A stretch of 63,563 bases of DNA, the filler included, from Chrysochromulina tobinii (taxonomy: Eukaryota), in assembly GCA_001275005.1 (NCBI GenBank). It is 6 parts of 6 records of this genome, joined end to end, with 100 filler letters (N's around TTAATTAATTAA, not from the genome) between each part and the next. Parts side by side here need not be neighbours in the genome. Positions count along the whole stretch, not along the records: positions 52,713 to 56,182 come from JWZX01000759.1; positions 56,283 to 61,585 come from JWZX01000763.1; positions 61,686 to 63,563 come from JWZX01000773.1; 3 more parts are not named here. One strand, 5' to 3'. Under the pieces are notes generated by a model. It worked only from the letters and a program-made list of their open reading frames with translations. It was not told the DNA's origin and made no database searches. Positions within the stretch are counted from its first letter, which is position 1; each line of letters opens with the position of its first letter. The position numbers were made by a program, and so were the translations under genes. Of the stretch, positions 53,253 to 63,563 are shown in pieces.

Positions 53253-56182
53253 ATGTTGCTGGTCGTGGTCTTCCTAGTCCTCAGCCTTCAAACTGCGGGG
53301 CAGTTTTGCACCAACACCTGCAGCTACGCAACCGATGACTACTGCGACGACGGCGGCCCCGGCTCCGAGTACCCGCTGTGCACCTACGGCACCGACTGCT
53401 TTGATTGTGGACCTCGCCAACCACGACCACCATCGGCGTCGCCTCCCGCGAGGCCTCCGCTGCCACCGCGTGCGCCCCAGTGCAGCAACGGCCTGCCCGT
53501 CGACCTAGTGCTTGTGTTCGACCACTCGGGAAGCATGCAGACCTGGCAGGCCGACGTGCTTGAGTTTGCGACTGAGCTCGTCCTCCAGTTGGATTTTGGT
53601 GCGAATGCGGCGCGCGTGGGGCTTGTGGAGTTTGACGATGAATCCACGATCCTATCAAGCCTGACCCACAACACAACCGCGATGCTCGCGGCCATGGCCA
53701 ACGCCCAGCAAGCGCAGGGTTGGACCTCCATCAGCAGCGGCCTCGCGGCCGGGCTGGCGGTCCTCACAGCGGGCGACGGCTCGGGGACACGGCCCAAGGT
53801 GCTCGTTGTGATGACGGACGGAGGACAGAGCCCGCAGTTTGGCGGCGACGCCGCAGCCATCGCTCAGGCGGCGGCGGTCCGGGCTGCCGGGGTCGAGATC
53901 TTTGGCATCGGCTTCGGGACAGCGAACCCAGCCACTATTGTGGCCATCTCCTCCGCCCCCGCCTCGCATTACGCGTACACCACGGCCGACATGGCTACGG
54001 TCCGCGACCACTTTCACGGACGGTTCTGCTCGTTGGTCATCTCCCCACGCGCCCCGCCTCCTCCGTCACCGCCCCCGGCGCCGCCCTCGATGCCTCCGGT
54101 TTGCTTGAACACGTGCATGTACGCTTCCGACAGCACCTGTAGCGACGGCGGCCCCGGCTCAGAGTCCCTGTTTTGCGCGTACGGCACCGACTGCGTCGAC
54201 TGCGGCCCCCGTCCCTGGCGAGCGTCGCCGCCGTTGCTGCCGCCGCCGTCACCCGCGCCCCCGGCGTTCCCGGGCGGCGTCATCACTTGTTTGGACACAT
54301 GCGCTCCGTCTCCGCCTTTCTGGGGTGGTGGCACATATTTCGTGTCGAACGGCATGTGCGAGGACGGTGGGGCAGGCTCCTCCGCTGCCTGGTGCAGGCT
54401 CGGTACTGACTGCACGGACTGCGGCCCTCGCAGCACGTACAGGCCGCCGCCTCCGCCTCCGCCACCACCGTCCCCGCCGCGCCCGCCGCCGAGGCCGCCG
54501 TCACCGCCGGCCGCCCCTTATGACTGCGGCCAGCTCTTCTGCGTGACCTCGGGCCAACAATTCTGCCAAACGACGGGTCACATTGCTACTGGCCGAGGCC
54601 AAGGGCAGTGCGTGTGGGATGGCGACGGTATTCACGATAACAACGAGCGGTGCACCATCCAGACGATCTACCCGTCGGCCATCTCGGCCGTGTACTACGA
54701 GGTCGAAGCCAATTGGGACTATATGAGGATCACCTACCCGGCCACGAGCTCGCCCCCGCCCATGAACTCTATCACTGTCTCGGGGTACGCTCCCGGCATT
54801 TGCCCCGGGGCGCCCGGAGCACCCGGAACGAGTTGTGCCAATTGCGCCCTGAACGGGTACTGCCCCGGTACCCAATCGGGAACCTCAGCTTTCAATGCCA
54901 TGGCCAACATCAGTGCGGCGCCTGCGGGCACGCGGCTGAGCTGGTCTACCGACTCTTCCGTCGTTCGCGGCGGATTCATCATCTGCTTCGACGCGATCGT
55001 GCCGTTCCCGCCATCATCCCCTCCGGCGCCTCCCTCCCCTCCAAGACCTCCTAGATCGCCGCCTGCGCCGCCCGTAGCGCCTCAGATCTGCTTGAACACG
55101 TGCATGTACGCTTCCGACAGCACTTGTAGTGACGGCGGCCCCGGTTCCTTGTACTCGGATTGCGCGTACGGCACCGACTGCGTCGACTGCGGCCCCCGCC
55201 CCGTGTTGCCGCCGCCGTCACCCGCGCCCCCGGCGTTCCCGGGCGGCGTCATCACTTGTTTGGACACATGCGCTCCGTCTCCGCCTTTCTCTGGCGGCAC
55301 ATATTACGCCTCGAACGGCATCTGCGAGGACGGTGGGCCGGGCTCCGAAAGTACCTGGTGCAGGCTCGGTACTGACTGCACGGACTGCGGCCCTCGCAGC
55401 ACGTACAGGCCTCCTCCTCCTCCTCCGCGTGCGCCCCAATGCAGCAACGGGCTGCCCCTCGACCTGGTGCTTGTGTTCGATCACTCGGGGAGTATGGCGC
55501 CCGTCCAGGCCCAGGGGCTCGAGTTTGCGCGCGAGCTCATCCTTCAACTCGATTTCGGCGCCAATGCGTCGCGCGTGGGGGTCGTGGAGTTTGACGATAC
55601 GGCTACCATCCTGTCCTCCCTGTCCTCCGATCCCAACGTGGTGCTCGCGGCACTGGCCACCGCCCAGCAAGCCAATGGCGGGACTTCCATCAGTAGCGGC
55701 CTCGCGTCCGGGCTTGCCGTCCTCCAGGCGGGCGGTAGCTGGGCCACACGTTCGAAGGTGCTCCTTTTGCTCACGGACGGAGAGCAGAACCCGCAATATG
55801 GCGGCGCCGCCGCGGCCATCGCTCAGGCAGCAACTGTCCGTGCCGCCGGCGTCCAGATCTTTGGCGTCGGCTTCGGGACGGCGAACCCGGCAACGATCGC
55901 GGCCATCTCGTCTTCCCCCGCCTCGATCTACGCCTTCACCGCGGCCAACATCGGTGCGGTTCGCGACCGCTTTCGCAATCAGTTCTGCACGTTGCTCTTC
56001 TCGCCACGCCCGCCGTCCTCGTCGCCGCCGCCCTCGCCCCCGCTGCCGCCGCCGCCCTCGCCCTCGCCCTCGCCGCCCTCGCCCTCGCCACCGCCGCCCT
56101 CACCCTCGCCACCGCCGCCCTCATTGCTCCGTTCGCCATCTCCGCCCTCGCCGCCGCCCTCGTCGCCCTCGCCCTCGCCCCC
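53253..56182 (+). CDS. Secreted extracellular-matrix protein: two vWA domains, five CxDGG Cys-rich repeats, a CUB-like segment and Ser-Pro linkers; truncated
   Basis: Signal MLLVVVFLVLSL; DLVLVFDHSGSM (MIDAS) twice; C.NTC..C.DGG.GS..C..GTDC.DCGPR five times; SPPP runs reach the contig end. Confidence 0.88.
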
Positions 56183-56282
56183 NNNNNNNNNNNNNNNNNN
56201 NNNNNNNNNNNNNNNNNNNNNNNNNNTTAATTAATTAANNNNNNNNNNNNNNNNNNNNNNNNNNNNNNNNNNNNNNNNNNNN

Positions 56283-59200
56283 TGGGAAGGGGAGCGGCGA
56301 GCGCGAGTTGAGGCGGAACTGGGAGGCCGGGTAGAAGATTCCCTCCGCAAAGGGCGTCGGCTTGTGCGAGGGGCCGCTCTTTTGGCCAAGGGCGCTGAAG
56401 GCCCATCGCATGGGCTCCTCGTCCTCGCGCAGGTACGCCATGTCGACGTAGCGCTCCATCTCGATCTCCTGCTCCTTTTGCTGCTCCTTTTGCTGCTCCT
56501 GCTCCTGCTCGCGCTCCTGCTCCTGCTCAATCTCGCCCACGGCGCCCAGGCTCGAGGCGCTCACGGCGTGCAGGATGGCCTCGGACTGCGCCATGTCTTC
56601 CTCGGAGCGTATGAACGCGCCAAACTTGTCGCGCAGCGCGCGCAGCTTCAGATCGTACGGCACGGCGAGGGGGACGCTCGTGGCCACGTCATTGTTCACA
56701 TCCTCGAGGAAGACGAAGAGAGCGTCGCGCACACGCTCGGTGCGCTCGCGCTGCGGCGTGGGCGGCGCGTCGTCGGAGTCGCCCAGGCTGGCGATGCCCA
56801 CCGTCGACGCCGAGCGCTTCAATGCAGCCCCTTCCGCCAGCAGGAGGTCGCGTAGCTCCGTCGCCTCGAAGACCACCTTGGAGCTGCTCTTCGTCAGCCC
56901 GAGCGAGTCGGCATCGCGGAGCAAGACCTTGAGACTGTCGAGGTTGCGCAGCCCGGTCGCCTTACGCAGCTGCTCCTCACGCTCCGCAGCGGGTCGAAGC
57001 TGCAACTCCCACGGGAAGAGGCTCCACGGGTCGGCCAGCGGGAAGAGCGCCCTGTCGATGGCGTGCTTGCTGCATTCCTTTTCGAGCTCGAGCAGCTGGT
57101 TCTTCTCGGTGAGCGCGCGCGTCATCTTGGTGCGCTGATTCGCGCGCTGCACTGCCTTGAGCTTCTCACGCGCCTGCTCGAGGATGGCCGTCTGCTGCCC
57201 GAAGGCGGTGACCGCAAACGTCCAGCGAGCGAGCCACACCTCGGTGTTTGCCAGGTTGGCCGTGGCGTCTTCGTCCAAGACCGGCGTGTGCCGCGAGTGG
57301 AAGAAAGCGACGACGCCCTCTTGATTCGGCTCGCCCTCGAGTTTCGGGATTGAGACGCCCGCTGGTTGCTTGAAGTACAGCGTGTTCGCACTTTGGATCC
57401 AAACGGCAAACTGATCACCCTTGCTCTCGTCCGACAGGACGCGCGCTGCGTGGTGGCGCGCGGCCGCGAGCGAGTCGCACTTGAGCGTCTGGACGGCCCT
57501 GTGCGGTGCATACGGTTGGAACTGCCACCCCGGCAGCTCCGAGATCTCGCTCGGCGACTCGGACGTTTCGGTCTGGAGCCACTTGAGCTCCTTCTTGACC
57601 GCCGCGGCGCCCTCAAGGGGCTCAAAGTGCAGCCACACGCACGCGTCGCTGAAGCTGAGCGTCCACTTGCCCGCCAGGCCGCCGTCGATGTCGGCCACAG
57701 TGGAACGATCGGCGTCGAAGCTCAGCTGCGCCTTGTCGGGGTCGATCGAGCACGCCGACTTGATCGGCGCGCTCGCAGACAGCTTGACAGCCACCTTCTC
57801 CTCGCTCTCGCCGTTCTCACCATTCTCGCCCTCCTCACCATTCTCGCCTTCCTCATCCTCCTTGTCCTCCTCGCCCTCCTCGCCCTCCTCGCCCTCCTTG
57901 CCCTCCTCGCCCTCCTCGCCCTCCTCGCCGCCGCCTCCCTTGTCTAAGGACTCAGTCAGCTCTCGAATGCGAGCCTGGACGTCCGGATCGTTGCGGTGGA
58001 GCGCCAAAATCTCATCGGTGACCAACTCCTCCGCTTGGGATCCTCCCCAGCATGCATCCTCCCCGGCATCCTCCCCGGCATCCTCCCCTTCATTGAAGCG
58101 TCGAATAAAGTCCACATCCTGTGCAAGAATATCGAGTAAATCGAGCACAAAACCTTTGTCCGCTTTGAGCTCGCTGCTGCAATACCCAAGCACATCTGAG
58201 TCCCCATGCCTCACCCAAACCTTCAAGGTTTCCAGGACAAAGTACTTCTGATCCGACAATTTAAAGTCCGCGAGCTCGCAAAATAGCAATGGGCAACACC
58301 CAGATGCTCCTTGATGCTCGTCTTCTTCCACTTGGACCCAACTTTTCATCATCCCGAGTATGTAGTCGGCGTCGGCCTTGAGCTCGTCTTCGATTGAGCT
58401 CGTGTCGGGATTGAGCTCGTCAAAAAACCCGCCGGATTCACAGTTTATCTCTCTCTCGTAGATGTCCTCCATCTTGGCATGTCCGTCCACTTGCTTTTGA
58501 TTTTTGAGAATCGTCGGCTCCCAGAGACTCATAGCGTAAGACCGGCGAGACCGGCCATTTGTGATCTTCCGCGAGAGAAGCTCCTCGAATTCTCTCGAAA
58601 CCTCGTCAGGTGACAAAGGCGGGGCACGAGGCGCGGCCAAGGCGCCCCACCCTGATACTCCTTTCCCTCCTGATTCTCGATCCTCACCTGATACTCGTTG
58701 GCAATACTCGAGCGCACCCGTGACGTTGCCGAAAAAGCCGATCGCCTCCTTCCCGTGACGGTGCTCGCGGCTGCGAATGAAAACCTTCGGCCACTCAGAA
58801 TCTTCAGTCAGGCTTTGTGCTGTGGCCGTCGAGCTCGCAGACAGCTTGACAACCCGCGAGCGGTCCTTGCTGCTCTTGGCAGGCTGCGAGTCGCTCTGGC
58901 TCTTGACGGGAAGTCCCGTCGCGGTGCCGACGTGAAGCTTTCCATCGACGACCTCCATGAACACAGTGCTGTTGGGCAAGAGGAAGGGGCGACCCTCCCA
59001 AAAGCTCGCGCTGGCCTTGGCCTCGGTGGCGTGCTTCTTGCAGGCATCGATCTTGCCGAGCGCCGTAGTGGTACGCATGAAGCTCTCGGCTTGCTTGCGC
59101 AGGGTGGCACCGCCAGCCCGGAGCGCGTGCAGCACTCGGTTCTTAGTCGACGGCGGCACCGACGCGAGGTCAAACTCGGCCAGCGTTGCCGGCTCGCGCA

Positions 59201-61583
59201 GGGCGGCTACCACCTTCCGTGCCAGTGAGAGGTAGGTGAGCATCTGCAGTGCCGACTCGCGCTGCCCCTTGGCGTGCTTGAGGGCCCACACAGCCTGTGC
59301 GACGCTCGCCTGGCTGCCGTCCTGCTTGGTCTTGAGCAGCAGAGAGACAATGTCCTTCATCGAGGCGCCGCCCGCAACGTCGGCGTCCTCAACTGCGAGC
59401 GTGCCCTCCATCTGCCGCTGCACCTCGATGATCTTACTCTCAAGCGCCACAACCTGCTCACCGACCATGCTCAGGTCGCTCGCCAGCGTGTACGCCTCGA
59501 CGGCCTTGAGCACGTACTCGGTCGCACGGTCTAGGAAGGATTGGAACTGTTCACCGCCGATGCGCTGCACGCGACTGTCCTTGAAGGACTCCGCGACGCT
59601 CTCCTTCGACTTCTCGAGGCTTGCGGCAAGCTCGGCGGTCTCCTTCCAGTTTTCCTCGCTCGTGTACTTCTTGACTCCCTCCCAACCCTCCCACCCCTTG
59701 GTGACCATGTGTTTCATCACCTTGTGGAAGGCAGCCTGCTTGAGGTCGCCGCTCGGGGGGGGCACCACGAGCTCAAACACGTTGGTCTTGCCCTTCTCGC
59801 CCAGTGCTGCCTGCTCTCCCGTCAAGTAGAAGAGCGCGGTGAAGCAGCTCCGACAGGCCTTCAACCACGGAGCCTCCTCATTCTCGCCCTCGAGGGCGAG
59901 GAGATCGGCAGCGATCTGGTGCGCATACCGATTGCTCAAGTCGATCAGAACAGGGGGCCGCTGTTCTCCGAGGGCTCCTGTTGGCAGGCTGCTGTTGGCA
60001 GCGCAGGCGCCCCTGAGCAGATCGATCGCGATGCGGATCTCATCTTGCAGGTCGTCCAAGATCGGCTCGTACTGTCGCTTTTGCTCTTCGAGCTCCATTT
60101 GCTGAGCATACAGCGCGTCCATCGCCTCGTATTTGACGGGCTCGGCATTCGGGAAGGCCGCTGCGAGCATCAGGGTGCCGCGCAGGTCGCCCACGGGCTC
60201 GCGGTCCGTCCCGATCTTGAAGACGTCGCACACCGCCTCGCACACCGCCGACAGCTGCGGTGTAACGGCCACCTTATCCATCGCGACGCCCTTCCTAGCA
60301 GCGGCGGCCTCGTTGGCGAAGATGGCATGCACCCAGCCCTGCAGCGTCGCCGCGAGCGTGCGCAGCGCATCGTTGGCCGGCGCCGTGGTGGGCACGGGAG
60401 GCGTCGCGAGGAAGCTCGTGAGCTTCGAGCGGGCCAGTGGTGGCAGCCGCACCGCGTTGTACTCGAGCAGCTTGTCCACGAACGCTGTGGGATTCCTGAG
60501 CAGCCGGGACTGCGCATCGTAAAAGTTAGGGCGCGCCTCGAGCAGCGTGCACACCGCCTCCACGGCCGCCTCGAGCTCCGGCGGCGGCTCGAGTACGGAG
60601 CGCGCCTCCTCTAACGCCGCGAGCCCATTGCCCTGCTTCAGGAGGGCGACGGCCTCTCGCGCCGTCTTGAGCGCCTCGGCGGCCGCAAGGAGCGCCGCCT
60701 GCACCTCGGCGGGCAGCTTGGGCTCCTCGTAGAATGTGGCCATCTCGGCCTTCTCCTGTGGCAGCAGCTTCGCGAGTGCGCCCACGCACGCGTCGATCGC
60801 GCCGCGCACTGGCAGCAGCTCCGCCTCGGCGGCTGTGACCAGCCGCTGCTGCTTTGCGACGCTCGTCTCACCCGACGAGGCGAAGAACATGGTCCAGAGC
60901 GCATCGTGCCGAAGGTTCTGCGCACCGTGCTCCGGGTGCGAATTGAGGCAGCCGTTCGTCACGTACAGCATCTTCTCTTGTGACGACCACGCACAGCACA
61001 CGTCCGGATCCGTGCCGATGGCGTCTGCGGCGAGCTCCCGCGCCTCCTTCTTGCTGGTCACGCCGGCAATCGTCTTGATGGTGCGCGCACTCATCGTGCT
61101 CGGATCGAGCGAGATGTTGTCGTGGCTCTCGAGGTCTTGGCCCCGGCTAGGCACGAACGCCTCAAAGCTCCTGGCCAGCTTGAGCACCTTCGCGCCGTTG
61201 CGAGTGATCGTCTCGCCGGTCGACTTGAGCAGGACGAGGGCATTCGACTCGGAGGACATCTCGAACTGCTCCGCGAGCTGCTGGCGCCGCTGCACGTGCG
61301 AAAAGGGGACGGCGAGCCACTTCATCGCGCCGCGTCGCTGATCGTACGCCTCCTGCGAGTCGCACAGCGACACGTACACGAGCTCGAAGGAGCTCGCATT
61401 CTTGTCGTACAGCTCCTGCAGCGCGCTGAACAGGTCCGAGGAGCGGTTATTGGCAGCCTCGAAGTAGAGCCCGATCACCTTATTCTCGAAGTCGCGTGGC
61501 GTGCGCGTGTACGGCTTCGTGGGCGAATTGAAGGTCTTGCCCAGCATGTCCATGACGAAACCGCCTTCGGCATCCTCACGCAC
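56283..61583 (-). CDS. Fragment of a giant multidomain protein: degenerate nucleoredoxin-like fold, dynein-stalk-like segment, DUF4116-like repeat, EQEQE region
   Basis: Open across the whole contig. KVIGLYF..FELVYVS..WLAVPF..L...F..LVLL..GETITRNG; PPPELEAAVEAVCTLL..FVDKLLEYN..LQGWV; LGYCSSELKADKGFVL. Confidence 0.7.
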
Positions 61584-61687
61584 CTNNNNNNNNNNNNNNN
61601 NNNNNNNNNNNNNNNNNNNNNNNNNNNNNTTAATTAATTAANNNNNNNNNNNNNNNNNNNNNNNNNNNNNNNNNNNNNNNNNNNNAC

Positions 61688-63563
61688 GCGCTCGACGGTC
61701 ACATCGCCAGTTTCCCCGTCGGAGCGGCCTTCTTGCGCATCGCGGCGCTGACCACCGTCGGCGCACACGGCGCACAAAACGCTGGCACGTGGGCGTCCTC
61801 GCGCCCCATGGTCCGCGCACGCACGGCCCACACTCTAGCATCGACCGGACCCCCGCTCATTGCACCAGAGGCGCTCGAGCGACAGCGGACGGCCTTCTTC
61901 GAGCAGGAAGCTGCCAGAGGCGCCGAGATCCGTGCGCTCCTAGTCGCGGCCGATCCGGGCACGGGCGACCTGATCGCCATGGCCGACAATGTGATGACGG
62001 CTGCGGACTATCGGATGGAGCTCCCGTTCCCGGTGAACGGGCTGCCCGATTTCTCGTCCGGCTCGATACGCACGCTGCCCTTCGTGGAGAGGCCGCTACA
62101 GCTCAGCACGAGCTGGCTGGCTCGCCTCCCACCGCAGCAGGTACCACCGGGGTTCAAACCCCAACCGTGGCAAAACATCCTACGCGGCTGGGCGCGTCGA
62201 GCGTGCTGCGCCTCGCTCAACCAGACCGCCAGCCGCGATTTTGAGTGCTACGCGAACGGCTCCTCGACGCAGAGGCGCCCCGAGTACATCTGCATCGGCC
62301 CCGGCGGCGCCAAGGAGCTCGCCCACGCCGATGGCATCGGCACGTACAACGCCCTCACCATCGTGTGGGAGCTCGACCCGGCTACCGGACTGTACGACAA
62401 GCTCGACTTCGAACGGCCAGGGCGCACGCACTGGGTCCTTAACATGCTACGTCAGCTCCTCGGAGAACACGAGGACCATCAGCTCCTGTCGCTCATCATG
62501 CACGGCGTTCGATGGGGCGTCCAAGCGCCGATGCAGATTCGCATCGCCGCCAACCTCGAGCGGCTCGACGAGCGTGCCCGTGGCGTCGGCGAGGCGTTTG
62601 CAAAGCTCCTCAAAAAGGGCTTATACTACAAGTACCGGCGGCTGCGGCGCGCCCACGAGACGATCGACCCGGACGGTCCAGGCCCGTTCGTCACCATCCC
62701 CGCGTACATCGTGGGCACCGGCGGCACCGACAAACCCGACAACCCGCAAGAAAAGCGGATCGTGGGAGACCAGGGGTGCCCGCACCCGGAGCAGGAAGTG
62801 CGCGAGCGCAACCAGCCGCACGGACCGCCAGACGGGCCACTCGTCGTCAGCTTGAATGACATGATGGGCCCAACGCCAGGCTCGGTGCCGCGCGGACAAC
62901 CTCTCGACCCGCGGCGATATCCGATGCCCGACCCCGAGAGCAAGCCGCGGCCGCGGCACTCCTACCGCAACGGCGCGATCCTCAGTCACATGGCGCACGT
63001 CGGCAGGACGTACGTGGCTGGCTTCAAAGACGACGGGCGCCACATGTTCTTTCAATTTGAGCAGAGCCCTGAGGAGGAGCGCACGTGCGCCTTCATTGTC
63101 GTCATCCCGTTCCCGCTCGTGTCCCCCGACGGCACGCCGGTCCTCAACGACGACGGCACCGCGCGGACCGAGCTGTGGTTCACCCTGGTCATCGGGACCT
63201 GCATGAACATGGGCTCCAGGAACGCCAGCAAGATCGCGCAGCGTTTCACCGACCGCATCCTCGAGGGCTTCGCTCAGCTCCTGGACGTGTACGTGCGCGA
63301 CGAGTGGATGCCCAAGCAGACCCCCGAGCTGCGCACGCTCCTCGCCGAGCGATCGGCCACGCTCGGCCCGCGGCAAGCGCGACCCTTCGACACGAGCGGC
63401 TACACGGACGACTACAAACTCGAGTTCGTGAGCCCCGAGCTTCTCGCCGCCGGCGCGCGCATCTGGCGCACGGCTTGCCGCGAATGCAACTACTGGCTCT
63501 CCGAGAAGGCATGCGCGGGCACGGTCTTGGACTACATCGGCGGCAGGCTCGTACTCAACGGCG
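61688..63563 (+). mobile_element. Reverse transcriptase ORF fragment, DIRS/tyrosine-recombinase retrotransposon-like (open at both ends, absent from the ORF track)
   Basis: Stop-free frame from 61688: GGTDKPD..EKRIVGD..SLND, GFKDDGRHMFFQF (~63020-63058), CMNMGSRNAS, YTDD (63401-63412), SEK..GTVLDYIG. Confidence 0.8.

Noticed and set aside
61688..63563. The DIRS-like RT as the driver of the new introns
   Set aside because: It is on a different contig, shares no sequence with the intron modules, and tyrosine-recombinase integration does not produce long target duplications.

Overview
High-GC eukaryotic DNA, most likely a haptophyte alga (inferred from gene families and GC-AG introns). The window is six separate contigs joined by artificial 100-nt N-TTAATTAATTAA-N spacers, so neighbourhood is only meaningful within a contig. 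It holds about 25 protein genes, several split by spliceosomal introns that the ORF track misses. Main result 1: a 14-exon gene (11156-17570, about 1475 aa after manual splicing) fuses an EgtD-type histidine trimethylase, a SenB/GLT1D1-like glycosyltransferase and a SenA/EgtB-type iron-dependent synthase. It is a candidate one-polypeptide eukaryotic selenoneine (Se-ergothioneine) synthase, and it hints at a function for the orphan animal GLT1D1. Main result 2: many introns begin with a 17-29 nt copy of the downstream exon start (which supplies the GT/GC donor) and end in one of a few shared branch-point/acceptor modules, suggesting ongoing intron creation by duplication plus insertion. Also present: several unusual domain fusions, a bacterial-type SbmA/BacA transporter, a ~32-bp motif upstream of three genes, and a divergent DIRS-like reverse transcriptase. 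All family assignments come from recalled motifs, not database searches.
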